Source: Nemertoderma westbladi (Eukaryota > Animalia > Xenacoelomorpha). From it: a DNA stretch of 64,000 bases. The stretch lies in assembly GCA_032718475.1 (NCBI GenBank), contig JAUCBJ010009060.1, positions 72,065 through 136,064 on the forward strand, read 5' to 3'. Shown in pieces: positions 50,490 through 63,490 of this stretch (the stretch's first letter is position 1; each line of letters begins with the position of its first letter). A program made the position numbers and the translations under genes. The notes under the pieces are model-generated. The model worked only from the letters and a program-made list of their open reading frames with translations. It did not search any database and was not told the origin of the DNA.

Positions 50490-51070
50490 CCCTATTCTCC
50501 ACAACATTACCACATTTCTTCAGTGTCCAGGTCTCACCCCCGTATAAAAGTACACTTTCCACTGTGGCTCTAAAGAACATGGTCTTCCGGTGCGGGATAG
50601 GTCTGCGTCTGATTTACAGATGGTATCCATGTTTTGATATACTACTACTACGACTACGCTCGGCATGCTGCATTGCAGCTGCATTATATATATATTACAT
50701 ATATGTTATGAATGTTGTGCCGGCTTGTCAAATTTGCGCCGCCACAACTCCCTATCCCCATGACATTTGCGAGATCATCCGCATCTTAAAGGCCAGAGTC
50801 CTTGGAAGTCGTCAACGTTCTTTAGTTGCCTATATCGATCGTGGTCAAGATTCTATTATTAACATTAAATGTCATGAATTCGGTCTTGGAACATTTATAT
50901 GTAATCCAACCTCCTAAGAAGCCCTTTCGACTTTGTTCAGTAAAATTGTGCATCTGCTAGCGTATTAGAAAGCAGGTCGATGTCATCCGCAAAGTCGGAG
51001 TATGTGACTGTAGTTGCCGGATATCCGCTACTTCTACATTTTTTGTAGTGTAAACCCAAGACCTTCTCCA
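50490..51070 (-). pseudogene. Degenerate RTE-clade LINE reverse transcriptase fragments, with an inserted 3' tail at 50639-50685
   Basis: Minus strand reads LGLHYKKCRSSGYPATTVTYSDFADDIDLL and FFRATVESVLLYGGETWTL, typical RTE RT and post-RT motifs. Confidence 0.75.
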
Positions 51071-51121
51071 TGTAAATAATCAAACACAAGCTATTTCTAA
51101 AGGACAATACCGATTCTCCGT

Positions 51122-52355
51122 ACTTAGTTCCAAGTTAAGCCTCATGCGAATTTAGTTCCATTGGAAACGAATTTAGTTCCAATTTTGGCGAATTTAGTTC
51201 CAATTTAGGCGAACTTAGTTCCAATAACTAGAGAAAAACGAAAACGAATTTATTTCCAATGCATGCGAACTTAGTTCCAATGTATGCAAACTTAGTTCCA
51301 ATGGATGCGAATTTAGTTCCAATGCATGCGAACTTAGTTCCAATGCATGCGAACTTAGTTCCAATGGATGCGAATTTAGTTCCAATGCATGCGAACTTAG
51401 TTCCAATGCATGCGAACTTAGTTCCAATGCATGCGAACTTAGTTCCAATGGTTGCGAATTTAGTTCCAAGGGAAGCAAATTTAGTTCCAATGTTTCAGGT
51501 GTGAGGCGAGCCACGTATTTGGCGAAGAATCTGTTTAATGAAACTATTAGGTGGATGGTTAAATAATAAATGTAAATAACTAACCCATAACGCCCAACCT
51601 CCTAACCAAAACAATCTTATCCCAAACAACGCCCAACCTCTTAACCCAAACAATTCAATTAAGTTCATTAGATTTAATCATTTAAAATGATATTCATTGT
51701 AAAAAAACAACGCCCAAGCTCTTAACCCAAACTACGCCCAACCTCCTAACCCAATCAACGCCCATCCACCTCAACCGAAACAACTGGTAAATATTGTAAT
51801 TGATGTGAAAATGGCACAATGTGCATGACTTGAGTATAGACTACTATATAGACTTAGTCAGTCAGTATCAGCATACTCGTGATTAATATATAATTCAAAA
51901 AGTGTAATTATACATTTAATTCATTAATAATAATTCGTTTTTTAAAAATGACAGAAGGGTTTTACAATTATTTACAATTCTTGTTGACCCTGACCCACCC
52001 CAAATAGTGGCAATACGCAAAAGGCTTCGCCTACTACGCCTCCCACGATTGAAACATTGGAACTAAGTTCGTACCCATTGGAACTAAATTCGCTTCCATT
52101 GGAACTAAATTCGCATGCATTGGAACTAAATTCGCCTCCATTGGAACTAAATTCGCATGCATTGGAACTAAATTCGCATGCATTGGAGTTCCCATCCATT
52201 GGAACTAAATTCGTTTTGATATTCTGGGATTGGAACTAAGTTTGCCTCGATTGGAACTAAGTTCGCTTTGTAAAATTTATTTTGGAACTAAATTCGTTTC
52301 AATTGGAACTAAGTTCGCCTTTGAAAATGTGCGATTGGAACTAAGTTCGTGCTAC
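51122..52355. mobile_element. Foldback-like non-autonomous element with inverted 21-bp tandem arrays
   Basis: GCGAAYTTAGTTCCAATGCAT array (51122-51491) and its reverse-complement array TTGGAACTAARTTCGC... (52038-52349); internal AACGCCCAACCTCCTAACC repeats; termini and TSD not resolved. Confidence 0.7.
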
Positions 52356-52903
52356 CGGTTTAACGCTGCAGTAATATGCTGGTTGACAAGATTGTTAAGA
52401 AACTACATATTTCCCATGTGCTGTAGATTACAAATGGACAAATCTAAAGTAAATGAATGTGTAAGGTTATTACAAACGCTAATGATACATTATCACCATT
52501 TCTACATTTCGTGTGACAGGTAATAAGGCATCAGTGTCACTTTGGAATTGAACCAGAGACTCACTTTGATTAATGTTATGCCATGTTTTTGTCGATGGGC
52601 ATCTCGCCTTTATGTGGTTTGAATAAATTCGGCGACTTACAGTCAATAAACACCCGCGAGACTATTGATTTTATTAAAAATATCATGGGCCGAATCGCCC
52701 ATAATTACGCATTCAATTCAGCAACTGGAGGTAAATTAGTTGATTACTTGGGCCAATTGTTTGTTAATCTCCAAAACCCAGATCGCCGGTGTAGCAAATT
52801 AGGGGATGGGGACAAAATTCGGGGTCAGATAGGGGGTTGGGGAGGGGGGGGGGGGGGGGGGGACTCAGCGCAAACAAAACGCATGAAAAATCCAACTGTG
52901 TAT

Positions 52904-53868
52904 AACTAGGGCCTACACTAACTGGAACTAGTGCCTACACTAACAAGATCTAGGGCCTACACAAACTAGAACTAGGGCCTACACTAACTGGAACTAGTGC
53001 CTACACTAACTAGATCTAGTGCCTACACTAACTAGATCTAGGGCCTACACTAACTAGAACTAGTGCCTACACTATCTAGATCTAGGGCCTACACAAACTA
53101 GAACTAGGGCCTACACTAACTGGAACGAGTGCCTACACTAACTAGATCTAGGGCCTACACTAACTAGATCTAGGGCCTACACTAACTAGATCTAGGGCCT
53201 ACACAAACTAGAACTAGGGCCTACACTAACTGGAACTAGTGCCTACACTAACTAGATCTAGGGCCTACACTAACTAGAACTAGTGCCTACACTAACTAGA
53301 TCTAGGGCCTACACAAACTAGAACTAGGGTCTACACTAACTGGAACTAGTGCCTACACTAACTAGATCTAGGGCCTACACTAACTAGATCTAGGGCCTAC
53401 ACAAACTAGAACTAGGGCCTACACTAACTGGAACTAGTGCCTACACTAACTAGATCTAGTGCCTACACTAACTAGATCTAGGGCCTACACTAACTAGAAC
53501 TAGTGCCGACACTAACTAGATCTAGAACCTACACAAACTAGGGCCTACACTAACTGGAACTAGTGCCTACACTAACTAGATCTAGGGCCTACAATAACTA
53601 GATCTAGGGCCTACACAAACTAGAACTAGGGCCTACACTAACTGGAACTAGTGCCTACACTAACTAGATCTAGGGCCTACACTAACTAGATCTAGGGCCT
53701 ACACTAACTAGAACTAAGGCCTACACTAACTGGAACTAGTGCCTACACTAACTAGAGTTAGTGCCTACACTAACTAGATCTAGGGCCTACACTAACTAGA
53801 ACTAGGGCCTTCACTAACTAGATCTAGGGCCTACACAAACTAGAACTAGGGCCTACACTAACTAGAAC
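52904..53868. repeat. 22-bp minisatellite (~44 units)
   Basis: Unit ACTAGGGCCTACACTAACTAGA with recurring variants. Confidence 0.95.
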
Positions 53869-54902
53869 ACCAACAATCCAATGTAGTGTAAACACTTTTA
53901 GATATTAAATTATTATATAAACTCCACTAACACAGTAATATTATCCATAATTCTGATAAACTTACCATAAACTCTTCAATAACTCCCGTAACATTATCCT
54001 TAATACTTCTGCTCAAAGTTCGTTTTACGTTCGCCCGCTGTAGCTCTCTGATGAGATTGGTATGGGCCTGTAAAGATTACATTTCGTGACAGTCGATTCA
54101 ATAAGCATAACCGCTAGACGACAGGCGAAACTCAATTAATTTAAAAGACAACTACGGCGCTCATATTTCTCCATCAATTTTTATTTTACTATTTCCATAT
54201 CCCCCCCCCCCCCCCCCCCCCCCCACACAGATTCATTCCCCCAGGAGGGCTTCTTTGAGGTACTGTATATGAGGGCAGGGCAGTGTTCCAAAGCATAGTA
54301 ACACCAGGTATGTTCACAGTGAATCGTATAGCGCGTCAGACACGAGACACTAATTCCCGTTGCTAGTTAATTAACATTTCCAAAGCCTCATAAAAACAAT
54401 GAATCAATACACATCCCAAATTCCGTACAATTTAATATTATTAGGAAAATGCACTGTTATAACCTACTTATCTAATATATATAGCAATATCGAAAAAGGT
54501 TTATAAGTAAAAATATCAGATAGGGGGGTGGGGGACTTTCGACGCTTTCCCTAAATTTAGAATTTAACATTGAGGCGGGATATTAATTCGCCGATGGGAT
54601 TTGCGTCCATTTTCCATCCCTGTCTCCAATATTCACTTACAATCTACCTAAAAATAAATATACTACTAATTATTATCATACTAATCCGTAATCACCATAA
54701 TAACAGATTTGCGGCAAATTGGACCAACTATCTAGTCACGTTGGCCCCTAAATCGCAATAATTTTCTACCTTAACAAAAGGGAACTGGCCGATTGGCGCA
54801 TATCCAATCTCGTGAATTAATTAATATCTCTTCTCAGAAAATACTAATTTTTATAGAAAAGTTAAGTTGCGAGTTATAATGGCGCGTTATTCTAACCAAA
54901 TA

Positions 54903-55252
54903 ACACATAACACTAACACATCTCCAACCAGACACTATATAACATTGGAGGTGTCTCATTGGTTCCCCCAAGCTTGACACTCGAACAAAATCGCTTCCGC
55001 TTTGCAGGACATTGCTTTCGCCGTGAGGACCAGCCAGTGCATAATCTTGTACTTTGGCAGCCTCATGGAGTGAATAAGCATGGTGGACAGCCCATGACTT
55101 TCTTGAGACGCATCTTAAAGGACACTGGCCTTGAAGATGCGAATGATCTAGCAAATGTCATGGGTGATAGGGAGTTGTGGCGGTGCAATTTTGTTGACAA
55201 GCCGGCACAGCATTCTTAAAAATGCAGCTGCAATGCAGCATGCCGATCCTAG
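54903..55252 (+). mobile_element. 5'-truncated RTE LINE insertion with 15-bp TSD
   Basis: HISNQTLYN..., FRFAGHCFRR..LVLWQPHG...GGQP...DRELWR is the RTE ORF C-terminus; TSD TATTCTAACCAAATA at 54888-54902 and 55253-55267. Confidence 0.88.
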
Positions 55253-55369
55253 TATTCTAACCAAATATGAAACTAAAAACCTATACTCTTAGACTCTTGT
55301 TTATTGATTTGGTTAGAATTGTCTTCCATTGTAGCCTGTTCCTTTCCCTCAAATAATAAAATAAAAATA

Positions 55370-55458
55370 CATTTTATGACCCTTTTTTATACTCACTATG
55401 ACCCCTTTTTTTATTATTTTTTATGACCCCTTTTTTAGTCATTATGATCCCTATTTTA
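55370..55458. repeat. Short tandem repeat TATGACCCCTTTT x4
   Basis: Four ~24-bp spaced copies visible. Confidence 0.6.
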
Positions 55459-55740
55459 ATAATGTAGCGATTCCTACTACTGTTGTCCTGTTTTTAGTAG
55501 TTTACCGGTATCGGTATTACAGTATATAGTATAGGTAACGCCTCATTATAGGCGTGCGGACATGGTTGTGCTGATGCTGAGTCTTACGTAATGACGCGGA
55601 ACCATAGCATAGAGTATAGTTTACGCCTTTACGGTACTGTGCGCAGCGTGATCGTTTATTGTTTTGGTTAGAAAAACCCGCCTCTGTAACCTGCTCATCC
55701 TTTCCATCAATTGATAAAGTGATAATTTATTGTTTTGGTC

Positions 55741-57037
55741 TATATCCATCACCTCCCCCCGTATCCACCGCCTCCTCCCATATCCACCGCCTCCCCCCAT
55801 ATCCACCGCCTCCTCCCATATCCATCGCCTCATCCTGTATCCACCGCCTCCTCCCATATCCAGCGCCTCCCCCCATATCCAGCGCCTCCTTCCATATCCA
55901 CTGCCTCCTCCCATATCCACCGCATCATCCCGTATCCACTGCATCCTCCCATATCCACTGCCTCCTCCCGTATCCACCGCTTCCCCCCATATCCACCACC
56001 CCCCCCGTATCTACCGCCTCCTCCCATATCCAGCGCCTCCCCCCATATCCACCGCCTCCTCCCATATCCACCGCCTCCTCCCATATCCACCGCCTCCTCC
56101 CATATCCACCGCATCCTCCCGTATCCACCGCATCCTCCCGTATCCACCGCATCCTTCCGTATCCATCACATCCCCCCGTATCCACTGCCTCCTCCCGCAT
56201 TCACCGCCTCCTCCCATATCCACCGCATCCTCCCGTATCCACCACCTCCCCCCATATCCACCACCTCCCCCCGTATCCACCGCCTCCTCCCATATCCAGT
56301 GCCTCCCCCCATATCCACCGCCTCCTCCCGTATCCAGCGCCTCCTCCCATATCCAGCGCCTCCTCCCATATCCACCGCCTCATCCCGTATCCACATCCTC
56401 CTCCCATATCCACAGCATCCTCCCGTATCCACCACCTCCCCCCATATCCACCGCCTCATCCCGTATCCACCGCCTCCTCCCATATCCAACCCCTCCTCCC
56501 ATATCCACCGCCTCCTCCCATATACACCGCCTCCTCCTGTATCCACCACATCCTCCCGTATCCACCGCCTCCTCCCGTATCCACCGCCTCCTCCAGTATC
56601 CACCGCCTCCTCCCGTATCCACCGCCTCCTCCCATATCCACTACCTTCTCCGGTATCCACCGCCTCCTCCCATATCCACCGCCTCCTCACGTATCCACTA
56701 CCTCCCCCCGTATCCACCGCCTCCTCCCATATCCACCGCTTCCTCCAGTATCCACCGCCTCCTCCTGTATCCACCACCTCCTCATCCTCCCTCATCTCTT
56801 CCCACCCCCACCGCCTCCTCCCATATCCACTGCCTCCTCACATATCCACCGCCTCCTCCCATATCCACCGCCTCCTCCCATATCCACCGCCTCCTCCCGT
56901 ATCCACCGCCTCCTCTCGAATCCACCGCCTCCTCCCGTATCCACCGCCTCCTCCCGTATCCACCACCTCCTCCCGTATCCACCGCCTCCTCCCATATCCA
57001 CCGCCTCCTCCCATATCCACCGCCTCCACCACCTCCA
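55741..57037. repeat. 19-bp C-rich minisatellite (~68 units)
   Basis: Unit TATCCACCGCCTCCTCCCR; the Pro-rich and Gly-rich ORFs in all frames are artefacts. Confidence 0.95.
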
Positions 57038-57703
57038 TTAGATATTGATTAGGTTCAATACTGCTGTAATACTGCTCAATACTGCTGTACCGTGTACTGT
57101 ATTGGTGCCAATACACTTTTATTTACATTTTATTACATTTTAATTACAATATCTGCGTTTCTGCGAACTACGACGCCATTCGAGCGAAGGCCGAGTACTC
57201 TTGAGTGCTGAAGAAAATGGAATATGTACGCATTCGGAAGATGAACACCAACAATCTTAAACGGTTTCTCGACAAAAATGATTTGCTGACTGCAGGAACT
57301 TGTGCAGAGAAACTAAAGCGTACGTTATCACTCTTGGATCGAAAGTGTAATGCAATCTTTCCAGAGGATCTATCAGGCTCTACCAACGGAGCTAACGCCG
57401 ACGCGAAGTCCGGTTCCGAGGGACTCCGGGACCCGCCGAGTTCGATCAAATCGACCGCGGCGGGTGCTCTAAAGGATTCCTCGACATCAGGGGGTTCGCT
57501 AAAGGATTCCTCAACCGTGGCGGGTTCGCCTAAGGATCCCTCAACTGCGGAGGGTTCGCTAAGGGATCCATCGACCGCGGTGGTCTCGCCAACAGATCCC
57601 ATGGACCTACCGCCTACAAAGAACTGGGGACCCCAGGAAATGCATAAATCTAATAACTCATTTCTATAAACATCCAGCGGCCGTGGTAACACGTAACATT
57701 TCA

Positions 57704-59250
57704 TCGCCAGCGGTTCCCACGCCTCTGAGTGGTTCGCCAGCGGTTCCCCCACCTCTGAGTGGGTCGCCAGCGGTTCCCACACCTCGGAGTGGTTCGCCAG
57801 CGGTTCCCCCACCTCTGAGTGGGTCGCCAGCGGTTCCTCCACCTCTGAGTGGGACGCCAGCGGTTCCCCCACCTCAGAGTGGGTCGCCTGTGGTTCCCAC
57901 GCCTCCGAGTGGTTTGCCAGCAGTTCCCACGCCTCCTAGTGGTTCGCCAGTGGTTCCCACACCTCGAATGGTTCGCCATCAGATAGATACCACACCTCCG
58001 AGTTGTTCCCCAGCGATTCCCCCACCTTTGAGTGGTTCGTCAGCGGTTCCCACGCCTCCGAGTGGTTCACCAGCGGTTCCAATGCCTCCGAGTGGTTCGC
58101 CATCAGATCCTTCGCCTCCGAATGGTTTGCCAGTGGTTCCCCCACCTCTGAGTGGTTCGCCAGCGGTTCCCACGCCTCCTAGTGGTTTGCCAGCGTTTCC
58201 CACACCTCGGAATGGTTCGTCATCAGATACCACGCCTCCGAGTGGTTCCCCAGTGGTTCCCCCACTTCTGAGTGGGTTCGCCAGCGGTTCCCCCACCTCA
58301 GAGTGGGTCGCTGGCGGTTCCCACGCCTCCGAGTGGTTCGCCAGTGGTTCCCACGCCTCCGAGTGGTTCGACAGCGGTTCCCACGCCTCCGAATGGTTCG
58401 CCATCAGATACCACGCCTCCGAGTGGTTCCCCAGCGGTTCCCCCACCTCTGAGTTGTTCGCCAGCGGTTCCCCCACCTTTGTGTGGTTCGTCAGCGGTTC
58501 CCACGCCTTCGAGGTGGTTCGCCAGCGGTTCCCACGCCTCCGAGTGGATCGCCAGCGGATCTCCCGCCTACGAGTGGTCCGCCAGCGATTTCCCCACCTC
58601 TGAGTGGTTCACCAGCGGATCTCCCGCCTATGAGTGGTTCTCCAGCGGTTTCCCCACCTCTGAGTGATTCGCCAGCGGATCACCCGCCTACGAGTGGTTC
58701 ACCAGCAGTTCCACAACCTACGAGTGGTTCGCCAGAGGTTCCAATGCCTCCGAATGATTCGCCAGCGGATCTCCCGCCTTACAAGTGTTTCACCAGCGGT
58801 TCCCCCACCACTGAGTGGTTCGTCAGCGGGTCTCCCGCCTACGAGTGGGTCGCCAGCGGTTCCACAACCTATGAGTGGTTTGCCAGAGGTTCCCATGCCT
58901 CCGAATGATTCGCCAGCGGATCTCCCGCCTACAAGTGTTTCACCAGCGGTTCCCCCACCACTGAGTGGTTCGTCAGCGGGTCTCCCGCCTACGAGTGGGT
59001 CGCCAGCGGTTCCACAACCTATGAGTGGTTTGCCAGAGGTTCCCATGCCTCGGAGTGGTTCGCCACCGGATCTCCCGCCTATGAGTGGTTCGCCAGTGGT
59101 TCCCACGCCTCCGAGTGGTTTGCCAGTGGATCTCCCGCCTACGAGTGGCTCGCCAGAGGTTCCCCCACCTCCGAGTGGTTCGCCAGCGGTTACCACGCCT
59201 CCGAGTGGTTCACCAGCGGATCCCCATTCTACGAGTGAGCGCTCGCCAGT
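57704..59250 (+). repeat. 30-bp coding tandem repeat (~50 units)
   Basis: GAGTGGTTCGCCAGCGGTTCCCMCRCCTCY encoding SGSPAVP(P/T)P(L/P), with single-base frameshifts. Confidence 0.9.
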
Positions 59251-59381
59251 GTCTTCCATGGACCCTCCGGGTTTGCAAACAGATACTCTAGCTATAAATA
59301 ACTGGGGAACCCAGTATATGCCTAATCCTAAAAATCTGATAACTCATTTTTTTAAACCAAAAGTTTCATCATGTACAGACG

Positions 59382-60806
59382 TACGGTGGCTGAATGTGGC
59401 CAATTTAATTAATTTTAAAATGGGAAATATAAAAGGAAATTAATGAAATATAATTCCTTAAAACAGGAATTAATCAAATATAATTCAACCCAAAACAGGA
59501 ATTAATCAAATATAATTCAACCCAAAACAGGAATTAATCAAATATAATTCAACCCAAAACAGGAATTAATCAAATATAATTCAACCCAAAACAGGAATTA
59601 ATCAAATATAATTCAACCCAAAACAGGAATTAATCAAATATAATTCAACCCAAAACAGGAATTAATCAAATATAATTCAACCCAAAACAGGAATTAATCA
59701 AATATAATTCAACCCAAAACAGGAATTAATCAAATATAATTCAACCCAAAACAGGAATTAATCAAATATAATTCAACCACAAACAGAATTTAATCAAATA
59801 TAATTCAACCCAAAACAGGAATTAATCAAATATAATTCAAACATTTTGGAGGGAAATTTAAAATACTGTCTCAGTGCAGTGCAGCAAATTGTCGTTTCCT
59901 TTTCAGTCTATCAGTGCAGTACTGCAGTAACGGTTGCCCGTACCTCTGTAAGCTTAGCTGCTTAGTTCTGTGGTTAGTTGTTAATCTTTTAATCACTACA
60001 GCACTACTGACTACCGATCTACGTAATGATGGTAGTACAAAATGTCATGATGTCATGGGTGATAGGGAGTTGTGGCGGCGCAATTTTGTCGACAAGCCGG
60101 CACAGCATTCTTAAAAATGCAGCTGCAATGCAGCATGCAGATACTAGTAGTACACCTGCAGTACAGTTCTATATACAACTACTGAACTAACTAATCCTAC
60201 GGAATTACCGGTCTTTCTGAAGATTGGTAAGGTAAAGCTGCCGGATTTCCCCGTAGTCAGGTCGTATCGGTCTGTTGGTAGTCAGTAGTGATTAAAAGAT
60301 TAACAACTAACCACAGAACTAAGCAGCTAAGCTTACAGAGGTACGGGCAACCGTTACTGCAGTACTGCACTGATAGACTGAAAAGGAAACGACAATTTGC
60401 TGCACTGCACTGAGACAGTATTTTAAATTTCCCTCCAAAATGTTTGAATTATATTTGATTAATTCCTGTTTTGGGTTGAATTATATTTGATTAAATTCTG
60501 TTTGTGGTTGAATTATATTTGATTAATTCCTGTTTTGGGTTGAATTATATTTGATTAATTCCTGTTTTGGGTTGAATTATATTTGATTAATTCCTGTTTT
60601 GGGTTGAATTATATTTGATTAATTCCTGTTTTGGGTTGAATTATATTTGATTAATTCCTGTTTTGGGTTGAATTATATTTGATTAATTCCTGTTTTGGGT
60701 TGAATTATATTTGATTAATTCCTGTTTTAAGGAATTATATTTCATTAATTTCCTTTTATATTTCCCATTTTAAAATTAATTAAATTGGCCACATTCAGCC
60801 ACCGTA
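59382..60806. mobile_element. Foldback DNA transposon (non-autonomous) with >500-bp TIRs and 6-bp TSD
   Basis: Starts TACGGTGGCTGAATGTGGCC, ends GGCCACATTCAGCCACCGTA; TSD CAGACG at 59376-81 and 60807-12; 32-bp tandem arrays (AATTCAACCCAAAACAGGAATTAATCAAATAT) inverted in both arms. Confidence 0.95.
60040..60147 (+). mobile_element. Very short 5'-truncated RTE copy nested in the foldback spacer
   Basis: Near-identical to 55154-55252; flanked by GTAGTACA on both sides (TSD overlapping the TAG tail). Confidence 0.85.
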
Positions 60807-61089
60807 CAGACGACATAATTTTCACAAAAAAGGTAACTTTTAGTACAACAAATATTGTTTATACTTTCAATGAAAGCGATAACACTAAGAGACATAGTGA
60901 AAATAAAACTAAGGTAGATGAAGCGGATGTGCATTTCGTGGATAAAATTGGGGCTCATAAAAATGAGGATGATGTAGATATACACTTTGTCAAAAAAATT
61001 GACAAAAACTTACAACCCAAAACAGCTGATCTTGAACAAATTACCATATACCTAAATCAACTGAACAATGATCAGCCACCAAATGTCCT

Positions 61090-61710
61090 TCCTGAGCGAA
61101 AGGATATGAAAACCCTAGAATGTAAAGAGTGGCTGAGCGACACTGTAGTGGATAGTTTTCTTGGTTTACTTAGAAAGCAATTCCCACATGTGGCATCAGT
61201 TCAAAGTGATTTATGTCAGAAACTAGCAGTGGAAAAATATGACACTTTATTCGCCATCCAACTTATGGCCATTCCATATTACGGCAAATACATGTCTTCC
61301 AGACCTGAGTTTTTACTGATACCAGAATGTTATAACAAAGAACATTTTGTTCTTCATGTGGCTGATCTGAAGATGCGACTTGTATACACCATCTCATCAA
61401 CTGCATCACTGCCAGGTAAAAGAGCTTTCCAAATCTGTGAGTTATTAAACCTAATGGACAACCTGACCACCAGTGAGCCGACAATAGACAAATATGAAAA
61501 CCGGAAAAGACAGCATGCATGGAAAGTTACAACTACCCCTAGCAGTCACAAGTACCCAACACAGGAGAACTCTTACGACTGTGGAGTTTACGTCTGCCTC
61601 TTTGCTAATGCAATCGCCACTAACTCCGAAGTTCCACATTTTCACACCGACAGTGATAGATGTAGAAATTGGATTTCTAAATGCCTGGACAATGTGAAAT
61701 ACTATGCCCC
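61090..61710 (+). pseudogene. Ulp1/SENP-family (C48) cysteine protease domain
   Basis: TLECKEWLSDTVVDSFLGLL, LLIP...EHFVL, PTQENSYDCGVYVC; the canonical YDS Asp appears replaced (YTISS). Confidence 0.85.
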
Positions 61711-62249
61711 CGACGAATTTGAACCATCGAGGTCAAATACTAGGAAGTCAACTGATATACTGGTTGGTTCTTTGATACCCAATTGTTAAGGAAGGGACGA
61801 ATCGAAACACATTGCGCCTTCCAAACTAATGGTCTTACCAATCAGCCAAAGTATACAGAGGATTCTTCAACTGCCCCGTAAAGATGCTGTGTCGAAGTTA
61901 AGTAATAGGAAGTATAATGAACTCATGAATGCACGCATCTGCCTTTTCTCAGAGATCAAACCAACTCTGAGTGCTTCGGAGGCAGTTACCTTTCACTTGA
62001 ACCACAGATCATCAGAAGCGCAACTGGCACAGGACATTTTCGAGCTTCATAGATCACGTGTAAATGGAACCATAACAGCGGCCTGTAAGAAACGTTTGAA
62101 GCGAGAATTCCTTCCTGCCCAACCACCTGCTAGCATGGAGATTCATATTGTGCGGGCTCATATTCAGAATCAGCTACAGAAAAAAGATAAACAGGTTTAT
62201 ACCGATATCAAAAGCAAACTTGATCTCATCTGTAACAACTCAACTGTAC

Positions 62250-63490
62250 CCGAAATTTCATCAGAAACCTTAAGGACTGCGATTCTCTCGTTGAACAAAA
62301 ATAAGTCACCAGACTCTACATCACTAGTAGTGGAGCACCTACTAGCTCTTAATCCAACTGTTGTTGTAGGGGTTCTCCACAATATCTTTAGAACATCGTT
62401 GCGCCTATGTCACTGTCCCCAACTTCTTGGGGAGACGATAATTACATGTATCTATAAGGGTCACAGGAAAGATAGATTTCATCCATCCTCATATTGTCCG
62501 GTGTCTACGGTCAATATTATTGCAAAGATCTTGGAAGTGATTTGAATCTCAGAATTTCTTCGGAGTGTCATAAAACCGCATGAGCTGTCGATGGCGTACC
62601 AGAAAGGCATTGGGTGTGACACTTCTATCAGTCTAGCATATGAGATTATAAACCACTTTAACAGTAGCCGAGCTCCAGTGTATTTGTGCCAGACAGATAT
62701 TGACTCAGCATTCGACACAGTTGACTTCAGAGTTCTGTTTGAGAAGTTATCCAGTGTTATAAATCCATCAGTGTGTAGACTCCTTCTGCAGTATTACCTT
62801 AGTGGCCGTTTCTTTTTTAAATTTGGTGAGGAGGTTGACATCAATAGCTTCACTCCAAGAAATGGAGTTAAGCAAGGATCTATCCTTTCACCGATCCTGT
62901 TTAATTTTTATATTTCTGATGCAATTGAGGCTGTTAAGAATTCTGGACTGGGGTGTAGAATTATTATGAATCGCAGTGTCTCCATCCTCAACTATGCCGA
63001 CGATATCATTTTATTTGCTGAATGCGGTGGGGACATCGATAATATGATGGTACTTCTGGGTACCGAGCTAAAGGAAATTGGACTTTCTATCTCCATAAGT
63101 AAAACTCACTGGACAATGGTAAATGGGTCATCTAAAGTGCCGAGTCTCTCTGACAGAACGCTATCAATCCTTGGTACAAATGTACTCTTCACTAAGTCAA
63201 TATCTTTCCTTGGATTTACTTTCTACCAATCTCCATATCAGCTTCTAAATGAATTTCGACGCAGGATATCGTCAATGGGGGCGATCTTCCACACCAGGGG
63301 TTGGACAGTACGGCAATTTCCTGCGGAATGCATTGCCAGGCTATGGAATGCTGTCGCTGTGCCTGGTATCCTTTATGGCCTAGAATTTAATTTTGGAATG
63401 CTTTCAGTTACTGAAGTGGAATCGCTGAATGGACAGTTTCGTAAAATCATGCGTGGTCTCATGTACTGTAATAATTGTTCGCGCTTTTGA
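62250..63490 (+). pseudogene. Non-LTR (LINE-type) reverse transcriptase domain
   Basis: KNKSPD..EHL, SYCPVS...KILE, AYQKG, DIDSAFDTV, GVKQGSILSPILFNFY, YADD, FLG, PGILYGLE; in-frame TGA at 62543. Confidence 0.93.

Larger units (their letters stand above)
57205..63490 (+). pseudogene. Decayed non-LTR retroelement ORF: SAP-like, Pro/Ser 10-aa repeats, Ulp1 (C48) protease, reverse transcriptase
   Basis: N-terminal KMNTNNLKRFLDKNDLLTAGTCAEKLKR; SGSPAVPPPL repeats; after removing the foldback insertion ...KVSSCTD joins DIIFTK in frame; ORFs 60785, 61829 and 62591 share one frame with two stops. Confidence 0.75.

Noticed and set aside
54040-54090. Second hammerhead core (CTGATGAG)
   Set aside because: No stem II followed by GAAA, and no stem I partner
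52830-54225. Poly-G and poly-C tracts as paired inverted termini
   Set aside because: Only homopolymer complementarity; the flanks do not match
55621-57116. Extensin-like Pro-rich and Gly-rich ORFs
   Set aside because: 19-bp minisatellite (not a multiple of 3) read in every frame
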